DNA of 64,000 nucleotides from Nannocystis bainbridge (GTDB lineage Bacteria; Myxococcota_A; Polyangia; Nannocystales; Nannocystaceae). The stretch covers positions 256,001 through 320,000 of the forward strand of contig NZ_JAQNDL010000002.1 in NCBI RefSeq assembly GCF_028368995.1, given 5' to 3'. The notes under the pieces were generated by a model. The model ran no database searches and was not told where the DNA came from. It saw only the letters and a program-made list of their open reading frames with translations. How positions within the stretch are numbered: position 1 is the first letter of the stretch; each line of letters begins with the position of its first letter. The position numbers and the translations under genes are program-made. Positions 9,822 to 20,061 of this stretch are shown piece after piece.

Positions 9822-9846
9822 TGGGGGCTCGCCGTGGAGCGGCCGC

Positions 9847-10305
9847 TCAGCCGCCGGCGAGCACGCGGGTGGCGACTTGCTTGAGCAGGTCGGAGTCGAC
9901 CTGGTCCTTGTGCGTCTTCATCACCGCGCCGACCAGCTTACCGACCTGCTTGGGATCGGTGATGTTGTTGGCGGTCGCGGCCTCGCGGACGAGCGCCTCG
10001 GTGGCGGCCTCGTCGAGCCGGCTCGGCATGAACTGCTCGCAGAAGCCGAGCTCGAACTGGGCCTCGGAGAGCAGCTGCTGGCCGCGGTCGCCCAGCTTCT
10101 CGTACTCGCCGATCGTCTTCTTGAGCTGCTTGGCGTACGACTTGATGGTGTCGAGCCACAGCGCGTCGTTGTCCTCGGCGCCGGAGCCCGACTTGAGCTC
10201 GAGCAGGGCCTTGCTCTTGAGCATGCCGATGACGTTCTTGGTCGCCTCGTCGCGGGCGAGGCGGGCCTCGCGGAGCTTGGCTTCGATCTGGTCTTTGACG
10301 GACAT
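9847..10305 (-). CDS. GatB/YqeY domain protein
   Basis: About 150 aa; starts MSVKDQIEAKLREARLARD; QFMPSRLDE; KQVGKLVGAVMK pattern. Confidence 0.85.
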   Translation of the reverse strand: MSVKDQIEAKLREARLARDEATKNVIGMLKSKALLELKSGSGAEDNDALWLDTIKSYAKQLKKTIGEYEKLGDRGQQLLSEAQFELGFCEQFMPSRLDEAATEALVREAATANNITDPKQVGKLVGAVMKTHKDQVDSDLLKQVATRVLAGG

Positions 10306-10344
10306 GAGGCCGCGGAAGATAACAAACAATTGCCGCGGGGCGCC

Positions 10345-11130
10345 TCAGCCGCCGCGAAAGCGGGGCGAACGACGCTCGCGCGCGGCGGCCCGGCCCTCGC
10401 GGAAGTCCTCGCTGGTGTAAGCGACGCGGCGGGCCTGCTCGTGCGCGGCCAGCTCTTCGCCCGTCGGACCGCCGCGGTCGAGCGCGCGCAGCAGCTCGCG
10501 GTGGGCCCTCAGGCTGTGCGGCGCGCCCTGACGCAGCCGCGCGGCGAACTCCTCGCCGGCGCGGGCGAGCGCGTCGGCCGGGTGCAGCGAGGCGAGGGCG
10601 CCGGCCCGATGCGCCTCCTCGGCGCCGATCGGCTCGGCCGCGAGCAGCATCCGCCGCGCGAGCGCCGGGCCGAACACGCGCCGCAGCAGGACCACGCCGG
10701 CCGCGTGGTAGACGACGCCGAGGCGCGCGGCCGGGACGGTGAAGCGCACGCCGTGGGCAGCGAGGCGCAGGTCGCAGGCGGCGATCAGCTCGACGCCGGC
10801 GCCGAACACCTCGCCGTGCACGACGGCGATCAAGAGCGCGTCGCAGGTCTGGAGCGCGGCGGAGGCGGTGATCAGCGGGGCGTCGGGGGCGCTGGCGGCC
10901 GGGGCGTCGAGCTGTCCTTCGGGCAAGGCGTCGAGGTCGTAGCCGGCGCAGAAGCACGGGCCCGGGGTGGCGTCGAGCAGCACGACCTCGCCGCGCAGGG
11001 CCCGGGCGCGCGCCTCGAGGGTGGCGAGCATCGCCGGGGTGAGGGCGTTGCGCTTGCGCGGGTGGCTGATCGTCCAGCGCAGCAGGCCCGGCGCGAGCTC
11101 GGCCTCGAGGACGCGCGCCTCGTCACTCAT
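10345..11130 (-). CDS. Enoyl-CoA hydratase/isomerase family protein
   Basis: KRNALT, FCAGYDL, GAGVELIAACDLR, SEDFREG. Confidence 0.9.
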   Translation of the reverse strand: MSDEARVLEAELAPGLLRWTISHPRKRNALTPAMLATLEARARALRGEVVLLDATPGPCFCAGYDLDALPEGQLDAPAASAPDAPLITASAALQTCDALLIAVVHGEVFGAGVELIAACDLRLAAHGVRFTVPAARLGVVYHAAGVVLLRRVFGPALARRMLLAAEPIGAEEAHRAGALASLHPADALARAGEEFAARLRQGAPHSLRAHRELLRALDRGGPTGEELAAHEQARRVAYTSEDFREGRAAARERRSPRFRGG

Positions 11131-11158
11131 GGGCGGGCTCCGGAGCGGCGGGTCGAAG

Positions 11159-11266
11159 GTTCATGGCGGAAAAGACATGTGCGTGAGGACATGTTCGATG
11201 GACCATGGCGGTTCATGCATGTCCGGAGAGGCATGTCCGAAGGGGCATGGCTGACAGGACACGCGA
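11159..11266. repeat. 14-bp phased TGTCC-N4-GGACA array (8 cores)
   Basis: Cores at 11162, 11176, 11190, 11204, 11218, 11232, 11246, 11260; an extra pair at 11298/11312. Confidence 0.9.
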
Positions 11267-11368
11267 GAGCGACGGGTCGGAGCGACACCCGGGCGCGCAT
11301 GGCCCGGAGGACATGCGTGCACGGTCGGCGCGGGCCTGGCCCGAGGGACAGCCATGCGCCGGCGCGGC

Positions 11369-11827
11369 TCACGGCGCCGGCGGGGTCGCGGGGGCGGGCG
11401 GGCTGGACGCGGCCGGGGCGTGGAGCGTGAGGCCCTTGCCGGGGGCGTCGCCGGACTTGGGCGGGAGCTCGGGCTTGACCGTGCCGGCCTCGACGTCGCG
11501 GCGGAGCTGCTCGAGCTGCTGCGCCTGCGGGCTGTCGGGGTTCTGCAGGATCTTCCGGCGCAGCGCGTGGGCCCGCGCGCGGTGCTGCTCGGGCGTGAAG
11601 TTCTTGGTGTCCGCTTCGATCAGCGCGATCTCTTCGGGCGTGAGCGGCGGCTCCTTGGCGATCGTCAGCTTCTCGGCCGGCGCAGGGGCGGCCTCGGGCG
11701 TCGGCGCCGGGCTCGGCGTGGGGGCCTTGGCGGCCTCGGCGGGGGCGCTCTTGGCGACCTCGGTGGGCGCAGGGGCCGTGGGACCGCAGGCGGCGAGGAT
11801 GAGCGCGGCGATGAGCGGGCGTCGCAT
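11369..11827 (-). CDS. Hypothetical Pro/Ala-rich lipoprotein
   Basis: MRRPLIAALILAAC lipobox; coding-like codon usage. Confidence 0.7.
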   Translation of the reverse strand: MRRPLIAALILAACGPTAPAPTEVAKSAPAEAAKAPTPSPAPTPEAAPAPAEKLTIAKEPPLTPEEIALIEADTKNFTPEQHRARAHALRRKILQNPDSPQAQQLEQLRRDVEAGTVKPELPPKSGDAPGKGLTLHAPAASSPPAPATPPAP

Positions 11828-12135
11828 GGGGCGCAGCATACCAGGCCGCCGGGGCCCCGCAGCGGCCTGTGACGCAAGTCCGAGCGGGCCGGGGCGGCGG
11901 GGTCCGGGGCGGGCACGGGCGGGGACGCGGGCGGCGATCGGGCGGCAGGGCCGGACCGGGGCCGGGCCCGCGGCGGGATGCGACGGCGGCGCGAGGACGC
12001 GAGGCCAGCCGCCCGGCGGCGGCCTGGAGGTAAGATGTCCCAAGGGACAGGTGCGCACGGCCGCGGACGCTCGACGAAGAATCGCGGATGCGGTGAAATA
12101 TCCTCAGGCGTGGCGGCGTTCGTCGCGCGGACAGC

Positions 12136-13101
12136 ATGCGCATCGACCTGCGGAACCTCGGCAAGACCTACGACGGCGACCGCTGGGCGATCCGCGGCCT
12201 CGACCTCACGGTCCCCAGCGGATCGATCTGCGGCCTCATCGGCCCCAACGGCGCCGGCAAGTCGACCACCTTGCGCATGCTGGCCACGGTGATGCGGCCG
12301 ACCGAGGGCGAGATCCGGTTCGACGGCCGGGCCCCGGAGATCGACGACGCCGACCTGCGGCGGGCGATCGGCTTCCTCGGCGACGGCAACCCGCTCTACA
12401 AGCACATGAGCCCGGCCGAGTACCTGCGCTTCTTCGGCGAGTGCTTCCGCATCCCCGACAAGGAGCTGGGCGCCGCGGTCGAGGACATGCTGGTGACCTT
12501 CGACCTGGTCGACAAGCGCGACGCGCCGGCCGGCTCGCTGTCGAAGGGCATGCGCCAGCGGCTGCTGATCGCCCGCTGCCTGCTGCACCGGCCGCGGCTC
12601 CTGATCCTCGACGAGCCGGCCGACGGCCTCGACCCGCGCGGGCGCAGCGACCTGCGGGCGATCCTGCAACGCACGCGCGAGCGCGGGACGACGGTGCTGA
12701 TCTCGTCGCACATCCTGCGCGAGCTCGACGACCTTTGCGATCAACTGGCGATCCTGCAGCAGGGCAAGCTGGTGGTCGCGGGCGACGTCGGCGACATCAT
12801 CGAGCGCTACGAGGTGCGCCGGTTCGTCTACGAGCTGCGCATCCTGCCGCCGACGCGCGAGGGCGGGCCCGGCAGCGAGCGCGCGCGCGAGCTGTTGATC
12901 GAGCACCGCGGCCTGGTCGAGGCCAGCGGGTTCGAGGACGGCTGCGAGACCCTCACCGCCCAGATCCCCGGCGGCGAGGACCGCATGGCCGACGCCCTGG
13001 CCGCGCTGGTGGCCGCGGGCGTCCGCGTCGTCACCTGCAGCCGCGTGCGCAGCCGCCTCGAAGACGTTTACAACCGCCTGTCCGAAGACCGCGTCAACTA
13101 G
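12136..13101 (+). CDS. ABC transporter ATP-binding protein
   Basis: Walker A GPNGAGKST, signature LSKGMRQR, Walker B LLILDEP, SSH switch. Confidence 0.95.
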   Translation: MRIDLRNLGKTYDGDRWAIRGLDLTVPSGSICGLIGPNGAGKSTTLRMLATVMRPTEGEIRFDGRAPEIDDADLRRAIGFLGDGNPLYKHMSPAEYLRFFGECFRIPDKELGAAVEDMLVTFDLVDKRDAPAGSLSKGMRQRLLIARCLLHRPRLLILDEPADGLDPRGRSDLRAILQRTRERGTTVLISSHILRELDDLCDQLAILQQGKLVVAGDVGDIIERYEVRRFVYELRILPPTREGGPGSERARELLIEHRGLVEASGFEDGCETLTAQIPGGEDRMADALAALVAAGVRVVTCSRVRSRLEDVYNRLSEDRVN

Positions 13102-13114
13102 CCAGGAGCCCGCC

Positions 13115-14959
13115 ATGTCTCGCCCCCTCTCGATCCGCTCCGCCGCCCGGCCGTTCGTCGCCCGGGCCCTCCGCGGCCCTCGCGGCCGCCGCCTGTTCGG
13201 GCTGTCCGTGCTGCTCGCCGCGCTGTCGGCGGTGCTCGGTACCTGGCTGACTCTCGGGACAGGTGAGTTCGAGCGCGAGCTGCGGGTCGCGCTCGAGCTC
13301 GAGCAGTCCCGCTACCGCCAGGAGGAGGCCGGCTTCATGCTGATCGCCGACTCGGCGGAGGAGGCGGCGCAGCTGCGGCGCGAGGTCGCCAAGCGGTTCG
13401 CCGGCGGCGAGACGGGCTACGACGAGGTCGCCTTCCGCGTCAACAACGCGCTCGACGCCGCCGAGACCCGGCTCGTGCGGGCGGCCCACGGCGACGCGCC
13501 GCGGACCCACCGCAAGCTGCAGCAGGAGGCCCGCCTGGCCTACGAGGCCTGGTCGAAGTACCCGCTCCTGACCACCGGCCTCCACGGCCTCCCGGACTAC
13601 AACTGGTACGACGCCGACGAGGTGGCGATCCTGCAGGTGGTGGTCGATCGCGGGATGTCGCCGCGCATCGAGGAGTATGCCTCGCCGCTGCCGCCGTCCG
13701 ACGCGCTGAAGCTGACGGGCGTGCTGGCCGGCGGGGCGCTGCTGCTGCTGCTGCTGCTGGCCGCGCCGGTGCTGGCGGGCACGCAGATGGCCCAGGAGAC
13801 CCACGAGAACACGCTGCAGCCGCTGGCCGGCAGCGCGCTGCGGGCCCATGAGCTGGCGATCGGGCTGACCGCGGGGCCGCTGGCGGTGGTCGGCGTGCTG
13901 GCGGCGCCGCAGCTGCTGCTCATGCTCGCGGCGGCGGCGGCGGTCGGTCACCTCGGCGCGGCGCTGGCGTTCGTCGCGGTGGTGCTCGCGGGCGGGGCGT
14001 TCCTCGTCATGCTCGGGCAGCTCGCCGGGCTCGCGCTCGGCAAGGTCCGCTCGCCCGGGCTGGTCGGCGGCGGGCTGGCGGCGATCCTCGGCGTGCTCGG
14101 CGGGGTCGGGGTGGCGCTGGCGGCCGAGCTGTCTGAAAGGACAGCCGGTACGCTGGCCCTGCTGCCGCAGGCGGCGGCCAGCCACTCGCTGGCGCAGGCG
14201 TTCGGGCTCGGCGAGGCCTCGCGGGGCTTCGGCGCGTCGCTCGACACCACCGCGCCGGTGGTGATCGGCGCCGCGGGCATGCTGACGTTTGCGTTCCTCG
14301 GCCTGCGGGCCCTGGCGCGCCGGGTCGGCAACACCTCGCTGGTGTCGCTGCGCCGCGGCGAGGCGCTGGTCGGCGCGATCGTGGCGATGGTGCTGGTGAC
14401 GACCGCCAACCCGCCGCACCCGTGGCGCGCGGAGGAGTTCTACCTGCTCAACCTCGGCCTGCTGACGATCCCGCTGGCGATCCTGCTGATGATGCGGGCC
14501 CCGACCGGCGACGTGCCGCCGGCGCTGCGGCGCACGCCGGTGGCGGCGCTGGTCGGCGAGTTCGTCGGCTGGGCGGGCCTCTACCTGCTGCTGGCCGGGA
14601 TGCTGCTGACGGAGGGGTCGATGTGGCTGCTGTGGAACCCGGTCGCGCTGCTCTACGCCGGCTGGTTCCTCGGGGTCGCCGCGCTGCTGGCCCTGCGCGT
14701 GGCCGTCGCGCCGATGACGTTCGCGTCGCGGGCGTGGGCCGGGGTGTGCGCGGCGATGCTGGCGGTCGCGTTCGGCCACATGATCATGTGGGCCCGCCCC
14801 GGCGAGGAGCTGCTGTGGCGCGACGCCCACGTGTTCGGGTTCACCGCGCTCAGCCCGCTGCTCGGCCTGGTCCAGGCGCTGCTGACCGTCGCCGTGCCGT
14901 GGACGCTGCTGCGCGCGCTCCGGCGCCCGGCCTCGGTCGCGCCGGCGGCCGGCGAATAG
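13115..14959 (+). CDS. Multi-pass membrane protein, probable ABC permease
   Basis: Many TM segments; AQETHENTLQPL resembles the ABC-2 ERExGTL motif; 13 bp downstream of the ATPase. Confidence 0.7.
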   Translation: MSRPLSIRSAARPFVARALRGPRGRRLFGLSVLLAALSAVLGTWLTLGTGEFERELRVALELEQSRYRQEEAGFMLIADSAEEAAQLRREVAKRFAGGETGYDEVAFRVNNALDAAETRLVRAAHGDAPRTHRKLQQEARLAYEAWSKYPLLTTGLHGLPDYNWYDADEVAILQVVVDRGMSPRIEEYASPLPPSDALKLTGVLAGGALLLLLLLAAPVLAGTQMAQETHENTLQPLAGSALRAHELAIGLTAGPLAVVGVLAAPQLLLMLAAAAAVGHLGAALAFVAVVLAGGAFLVMLGQLAGLALGKVRSPGLVGGGLAAILGVLGGVGVALAAELSERTAGTLALLPQAAASHSLAQAFGLGEASRGFGASLDTTAPVVIGAAGMLTFAFLGLRALARRVGNTSLVSLRRGEALVGAIVAMVLVTTANPPHPWRAEEFYLLNLGLLTIPLAILLMMRAPTGDVPPALRRTPVAALVGEFVGWAGLYLLLAGMLLTEGSMWLLWNPVALLYAGWFLGVAALLALRVAVAPMTFASRAWAGVCAAMLAVAFGHMIMWARPGEELLWRDAHVFGFTALSPLLGLVQALLTVAVPWTLLRALRRPASVAPAAGE

Positions 14960-14980
14960 GCGAAGCAGGCGAGTCATAAT

Positions 14981-15012
14981 AATGGCCCGAAGGACATGTC
15001 CTTCGGGCCATT
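14981..15012. terminator. 32-bp perfect palindrome, probable bidirectional terminator built from the 14-bp motif
   Basis: AATGGCCCGAAGGACATGTCCTTCGGGCCATT, flanked by an A-rich left side and GTTTATT on the right, between convergent genes. Confidence 0.7.
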
Positions 15013-15045
15013 GTTTATTGTGGCGCCGCGATCGGCGGCGGCGGC

Positions 15046-15981
15046 TCAGCGGCCGGCGCCGTGGAAGGTGGTGCGCAGCGCGCCGACGCGGCCCTCGTCG
15101 TTGAGGTCGATCGGCGGGACGGTGTCGTAGGCCTCGTAGAAGGTGTGGGCGCGCAGGTCCTCGGGGATCTCGAGGGCGCGGCGGATCTTGCGGTTGTCGG
15201 GCACGAAGCCGCGGTGGAGCAGGCGCTCGATGGTGGCGCCGATGGTGCCCTGGAGGCCGCAGATCAGGATGCCGACGCGGTCGGGGCGGAAGCCGCCGCG
15301 GCCGAGGCCGAGGCTGTCCTCGAGGACAGACAGACGGTCGGCCAGAAAGAAGTCCTCGGCCCGGCCGACGTGGCCGCTCCAACTGGTCTCCTGCTGCGGC
15401 CGGCTGACCGTCGGCAAGTAGCGCAGGCCGTTGCGCCGGGCCAGCTCCTCGAGCTCGTCGCGGTAGCCGAGGTCCTTGCTGTAGCTGGCGCCGTGGATGA
15501 TGGCCCAGTCGTCCAGCCGCACCGCCGGGTCCTGGTTGACCTTGCTGCGCACCATCGACAAAAACGGCGCCAGGCCGGTGCCGGCGGCCACGCAGACCTT
15601 GACGCGGGCGTCGTGGCCCATGGTGTCCTCGACCGTGAACTTGCCGACCGGGTGCGAACGCAGGAACATGCGGTCGCCGGCGCGGGCCTTCCACAGCAGG
15701 TGCGTCAGCGGGTTGTCCGACTCCGGCTTGTCGACGAAGCGGATGTAGAACTCGACGAGGTCGCGCCGCTCGGGCGCCGAGGCGATCGACATCGGGCGCC
15801 GGACGCCGCCGAGCTCGGGCTTCTCGGTGTTGTTGAGACCGATCGTGAGGTACTGCCCGGGCACGAACCACGAACCCTCACCGGGCAGCGCTTCGTCGGG
15901 ACGGATCCGGAACACCGCGAGGGCGGGGGTGAGGTCCTCGCGCTCGGCGAGGGTGGCGTTGTACGCGAGCTCTTTGGCCAT
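15046..15981 (-). CDS. Ferredoxin/flavodoxin-NADP+ reductase family protein
   Basis: FVPGQY, RRPMSIAS, AAGTGLAPFLSM, ICG; FNR-type FAD/NAD motifs. Confidence 0.85.
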   Translation of the reverse strand: MAKELAYNATLAEREDLTPALAVFRIRPDEALPGEGSWFVPGQYLTIGLNNTEKPELGGVRRPMSIASAPERRDLVEFYIRFVDKPESDNPLTHLLWKARAGDRMFLRSHPVGKFTVEDTMGHDARVKVCVAAGTGLAPFLSMVRSKVNQDPAVRLDDWAIIHGASYSKDLGYRDELEELARRNGLRYLPTVSRPQQETSWSGHVGRAEDFFLADRLSVLEDSLGLGRGGFRPDRVGILICGLQGTIGATIERLLHRGFVPDNRKIRRALEIPEDLRAHTFYEAYDTVPPIDLNDEGRVGALRTTFHGAGR

Positions 15982-16094
15982 GGTGTGACTTTACCCGGGC
16001 AGTGTGCGGCGGAACAAGCGCCGGGCGTCGGCCGGGAATTCGGCGCCCCGGCCCGCCAGACGGGGAGTTCCGGATTATACGGCAAGGGGCGGGA

Positions 16095-17537
16095 TCAGTC
16101 CGCCTTGAAGGCCCGCACCCAGACGTTGCCGTCCTCGCCGAGCACGTTCACTTGGCCGGACAGGACCAGGAAGTCGGGGCCCCAGGCGGCGTCCCGACCC
16201 TCGTCGTAGAGGTCGATGTCGTCGTTGTTGTAGATGTGCGTCCATTGCCGCGTGCCGTCGCCGGCGTAGAGGGCGCCGAAGACGTCGTTGAACTGCTTCG
16301 GGGCGACGTGGAAGCCGGAGGCGAAGATGCGCTCGTCCGGGCCGACGGCCACGCCGTTGCCGGTGCCGTACAAGAATTCGTGGTCGTAGATGTCGGTCCA
16401 TTGCTCGGCCAGGTCGGGGCCGACGCGCCGCAGGCCGAAGTCGTAGCCGGTGACGCCCTCGGGCCGCCGGCGACCGATGAGGGCGATGTCGCCGGCGGCG
16501 CCGATGGCCTCGGCGTCGTACCAGGCGCCCCCGGGATGATCCTCGACCTCGGCGCTGACGATGGCGCCGCCGTCGTCGACGACCACGAGCAGGGGCCGGG
16601 TCTGGTAATCCTCATCCTGAACGAGCCCCGCGACGAGCACGCCGCCCTCCGTCTTGACGATGGCGTTGCCGCTCGCGTACGCGAAGTCCGCCTGCGTCCC
16701 CGCTTTCCAGTCGGCCTCGCCGGTGGCGAGGTCGTGGCGGCGCACGACCAACTGCGCCGACTTGTCGCTCAGGCTCTCGGCGCCGGTGGAGTAGAGCTTG
16801 CCGCCTTCGAGCAGGAGGCCGGAGATCGTACCGCCCAGCATGTCGGCGGGCGGCTCGATGAACGTCCAGCCCTCGTTGCCGTCGGGGTCGAACGAGCGCA
16901 CCACCGGGGCGTTCACGTCCTTCATCACTTGTTCGGTGCCGGCGGCGTAGATGGTGCCGTCGTCGCCGAGCGCCACGGAGCTGAAGAAGTTCGGCAGCCC
17001 GTTGGCGTCGGGGTAGGTCTTCTTCCACAGCTCGGTGCCGTCGGGGTCGAGGGCGATGAGCAGCATGTCGCTGTCGTTCGGCGCGACGCCCTCGATGCCG
17101 GCGAGGATGATCTTGCCGGTGGGGTCGATGGCGATGGCGTTGATGGTGTCGAACTCGCCGGCCGCGCCGCTGTGGGTGTAGGTCCACAGCACGGCGGCGG
17201 TCTTCTGGCAGCTCTTGTCGCAGCCGTCGTCGGGCTCGTCGTTGCCGTCGTCGCAGACCTCGCTGTCGGCGACGACGCCGTCGCCGCAGACGGCGGGGGC
17301 AGGTTCGGTGGTCGAAGTCGTCGGCTCGCCGGTGGTCGGCGCGACGGTGGTCGGCTCGCCGGTGGTGGTGGTGATTTCCGGATCGGTCGTGCCCGAAGTG
17401 GTCGTCGAGGTCGGATCGCTGTCCGTGCCGGATTGACTGGTGGTTGTGCCGTCCGAGGGGCAGCCGATCAGGAGCCAGGGTCCAAGAGACAGGGCTGTGA
17501 GCCGCGCTGCGCGGCCCGGGAGATATGCGTTGGCCAT
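16095..17537 (-). CDS. Lipoprotein with Thr-rich linker, myxobacterial Cys-rich repeat and beta-propeller
   Basis: LLIGC lipobox; CGDGVV..SEVCDDGN..DDGC..SC repeat; repeated DPDGxExW blades. Confidence 0.8.
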   Translation of the reverse strand: MANAYLPGRAARLTALSLGPWLLIGCPSDGTTTSQSGTDSDPTSTTTSGTTDPEITTTTGEPTTVAPTTGEPTTSTTEPAPAVCGDGVVADSEVCDDGNDEPDDGCDKSCQKTAAVLWTYTHSGAAGEFDTINAIAIDPTGKIILAGIEGVAPNDSDMLLIALDPDGTELWKKTYPDANGLPNFFSSVALGDDGTIYAAGTEQVMKDVNAPVVRSFDPDGNEGWTFIEPPADMLGGTISGLLLEGGKLYSTGAESLSDKSAQLVVRRHDLATGEADWKAGTQADFAYASGNAIVKTEGGVLVAGLVQDEDYQTRPLLVVVDDGGAIVSAEVEDHPGGAWYDAEAIGAAGDIALIGRRRPEGVTGYDFGLRRVGPDLAEQWTDIYDHEFLYGTGNGVAVGPDERIFASGFHVAPKQFNDVFGALYAGDGTRQWTHIYNNDDIDLYDEGRDAAWGPDFLVLSGQVNVLGEDGNVWVRAFKAD

Positions 17538-17729
17538 GACTTCATGATCGCACGCCGCAGGGCCTCGGTCAGCAATCGCCGCGTTTGTCGCTTTCCGTCG
17601 CAGTTTGGCGGCACGTCGAAAAATAGTTGGTGGTGCACCGGCCAAATTCCGGTGCTCGCGTCCGCACGCCCGGGGGCGGTCCGCCACAAAGGTTTGACAG
17701 GTGTGCCGCGTTTGGAGGACGCTTCCCGC

Positions 17730-20018
17730 ATGCGACGCGCCTCGCTGTTTGCGCTCTCGGGGATCTTTGTGGGCCTGCCCCTCCGCGCCGCCGCGGCAGA
17801 GCCGCCTCCGCTCCCCGCGGACGCGACGACGCCTCCTGCCAGCGAGACGCCGCCCGCCGATGCCCCGCCGGCGCTGCCGGCCGGCGATCCAGGCGCGGCG
17901 CCTCCGCCCGCGGGGACGGCCGGGGGCGAGGCGAGTGGGGCTGTCTCCGGGGACATGTCCGGAAGTATCAATACGAGCGAGGCGCCGGCGCCCGGGCCCG
18001 AGGCGGAGGTGCCGGCCCCGACGCCGCCGAAGTCGGTCAGCGACAAGCAGCCGGGCATGGTCCAGGGGCGCCGCGAACCGGCGGTCAACAGCCTACGCGG
18101 CGGCCTCGGCCTCTATCACACCACGCTGGCCGACGTCGGCGGCCGGCACACGGTCCGCGTCCGCCTGCACACCGATTTCTTCCGCAAGGAAGGCTTCATC
18201 TACGACAGCAGCGAGCACGGGCCCGACGAGCAGGGCCGGGTGCGCGGCACGGTCAACATCGGCTACAGCCCGTTCAAGTGGGGCGAGGTGTTCCTGGCGG
18301 TGCACAGCCAGGCGTCGCGCAACGCTCGCGCGCAGCCGGGCCGGCAGGACCAGGTCAATCAGTTCGCGCTCGGCGACCTCGATTTCGGCATCAAGGGCGC
18401 GCACCGGTTCGTCAAGGGCGGCGCGATCGGCCTCGGCGGTCAGATGGGCATCGGCCTGCTGTCGGGCACGAGCCGGCTGCTCACCGACAAGGTCAACTTC
18501 AACATCGATTTCCTGTTCACCCTCGATGTCCGCTACCTGACGCAGAAGCAGGTGCCGGTGCGGTTCTCGACCAACATCGGGTGGTTGCTCGACAACTCGA
18601 GCAAGCTGATCGATTTCGGCAAGTTCACCGACCCGACCAGCCGCGAGGTGTCGCGCTTCGCCCTCGGCGTGGCGCCGAGCCGCGTGCGCATGCGCTACGG
18701 CCTCGACTTCCCGGTCCGCCTCGGCAAAGAGGGCAAGTTCGGCCTCGACCCGATCGTCGAGCTCGCGTGGGACGTCGCCACCGCGGAGATGGCGGTGTTC
18801 AAGCAGGAGGGCGCGTCGCCGTCGCCGCTGCCGCGCTCGAGCCTGTGGGGCACCGTCGGCCTGCGCGCCAACGTGATCGCCGGGCTGCACCTCGACGCGG
18901 CGGTCGACATCGGCATGGTGTCGCCCAACTTCGAGTACGGGCCGCCGGTGGCGCCGTGGCAGGTGATCCTCGGCCTCGGCTGGTCGATCGACCCCAACCC
19001 GGTGGTCAAGGAGGTGCCGGCGGCGAGCACCAACGAGCCGCTGCCGCCGCCGGCGGTGGTCGAGGGCCGCGTGGTCGGCCAGGTGCTCGACAACACCGGG
19101 GCGCCGGTCGCGGGGGCCAAGGTGCGATTCCCGGGCGCGGCCAGCAACGCGATCCTGACCGACGACGGCGGCAACTTCACCAGCTACCGGTTCCCCGAGG
19201 GCCAGGTGGCGATCCAGGTCGAGCTGGCCAACAAGGCCACGAAGGACGCGACCGCCGACATCAAGGCCGGCGAGGACACGCAGATCACGATCACGATGGA
19301 CGTCGCCAACACGCCGCCGGTCGGGATCCTCGACGGGGCGTTCACCGACGAGGCAGGCGCGCCGGTGCTGGTGACGCTGTCGGTCTCGGGCAACGGGGTC
19401 GACGAGCCGTTCACGAGCACCGAGGGCGGCCTCATCCGCCTCGAGCTGCCGGCGGGTGATTACTTCGCGATCGCCCGCGCGCCGGGCTTCGAGGAGAAGT
19501 CGCTGCGCTTCACCGTGCAGCCGGGCGAGCAGTTCACGGCGGTCAAGGAGCAGCTGCGCCGGGCGGTGCCGGTCGACACGCCGCTCGTCAGCGGCAAGGG
19601 CAAGAAGCTGCGGCTCAAGAAGGCGATCAAGTACACGTCGGCCAACGGGGTCGACGACAAGAGCGCGCCGCTGGTCGAGCAGCTGGCGGCGTTCCTCAAC
19701 GCGCACCCCGAGTACGAGGAGATCGAGATCGGGGTCCACACCGACGACCGCGGCAACCCGAAGCAGCGCAGCAGCGAGCGCGCCGACGCGGTCCGCAGCG
19801 CGCTGCTGGCCAAGGGCGTGAGCCCCGATCGCGTGACCGCCAACGGCTTCGGCGACAACAGCCCGATCGCGGTGAACCTGACCGCCGCCGGGCGGGCCAA
19901 GAACAACCGCACGTCGATCAAGGTGACCCGCTACAAGGGCGGGGTAGCGGCGTCGACCCCGGCCCCGGCCCCGAAGGCGAAGAAGAAGGCCGAGGAGCCG
20001 GCCGCGCCGCCTCCGTGA
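17730..20018 (+). CDS. OmpA-family outer-membrane protein (beta-barrel, carboxypeptidase-regulatory-like domains, OmpA C-terminal domain)
   Basis: Signal peptide; GQVLDNTGAPVAGAKV; HTDDRG..SSERADAVRSAL..GFGDNSP..GRAKNNR; GGAGG RBS. Confidence 0.85.
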   Translation: MRRASLFALSGIFVGLPLRAAAAEPPPLPADATTPPASETPPADAPPALPAGDPGAAPPPAGTAGGEASGAVSGDMSGSINTSEAPAPGPEAEVPAPTPPKSVSDKQPGMVQGRREPAVNSLRGGLGLYHTTLADVGGRHTVRVRLHTDFFRKEGFIYDSSEHGPDEQGRVRGTVNIGYSPFKWGEVFLAVHSQASRNARAQPGRQDQVNQFALGDLDFGIKGAHRFVKGGAIGLGGQMGIGLLSGTSRLLTDKVNFNIDFLFTLDVRYLTQKQVPVRFSTNIGWLLDNSSKLIDFGKFTDPTSREVSRFALGVAPSRVRMRYGLDFPVRLGKEGKFGLDPIVELAWDVATAEMAVFKQEGASPSPLPRSSLWGTVGLRANVIAGLHLDAAVDIGMVSPNFEYGPPVAPWQVILGLGWSIDPNPVVKEVPAASTNEPLPPPAVVEGRVVGQVLDNTGAPVAGAKVRFPGAASNAILTDDGGNFTSYRFPEGQVAIQVELANKATKDATADIKAGEDTQITITMDVANTPPVGILDGAFTDEAGAPVLVTLSVSGNGVDEPFTSTEGGLIRLELPAGDYFAIARAPGFEEKSLRFTVQPGEQFTAVKEQLRRAVPVDTPLVSGKGKKLRLKKAIKYTSANGVDDKSAPLVEQLAAFLNAHPEYEEIEIGVHTDDRGNPKQRSSERADAVRSALLAKGVSPDRVTANGFGDNSPIAVNLTAAGRAKNNRTSIKVTRYKGGVAASTPAPAPKAKKKAEEPAAPPP

Positions 20019-20061
20019 GCGACACGCGCGCGGCTCGTGACCGACGAGCCGCGGGCGCGGC

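Noticed and set aside
16002-17729. N-terminal extension of the OmpA ORF (1338 aa in the track)
   Set aside because: Overlaps the real minus-strand lipoprotein; a signal peptide and RBS support ATG 17730
17730-20018. TraB kin-recognition protein
   Set aside because: Has a barrel and OmpA domain but no thrombospondin type-3 repeats and no co-oriented traA upstream
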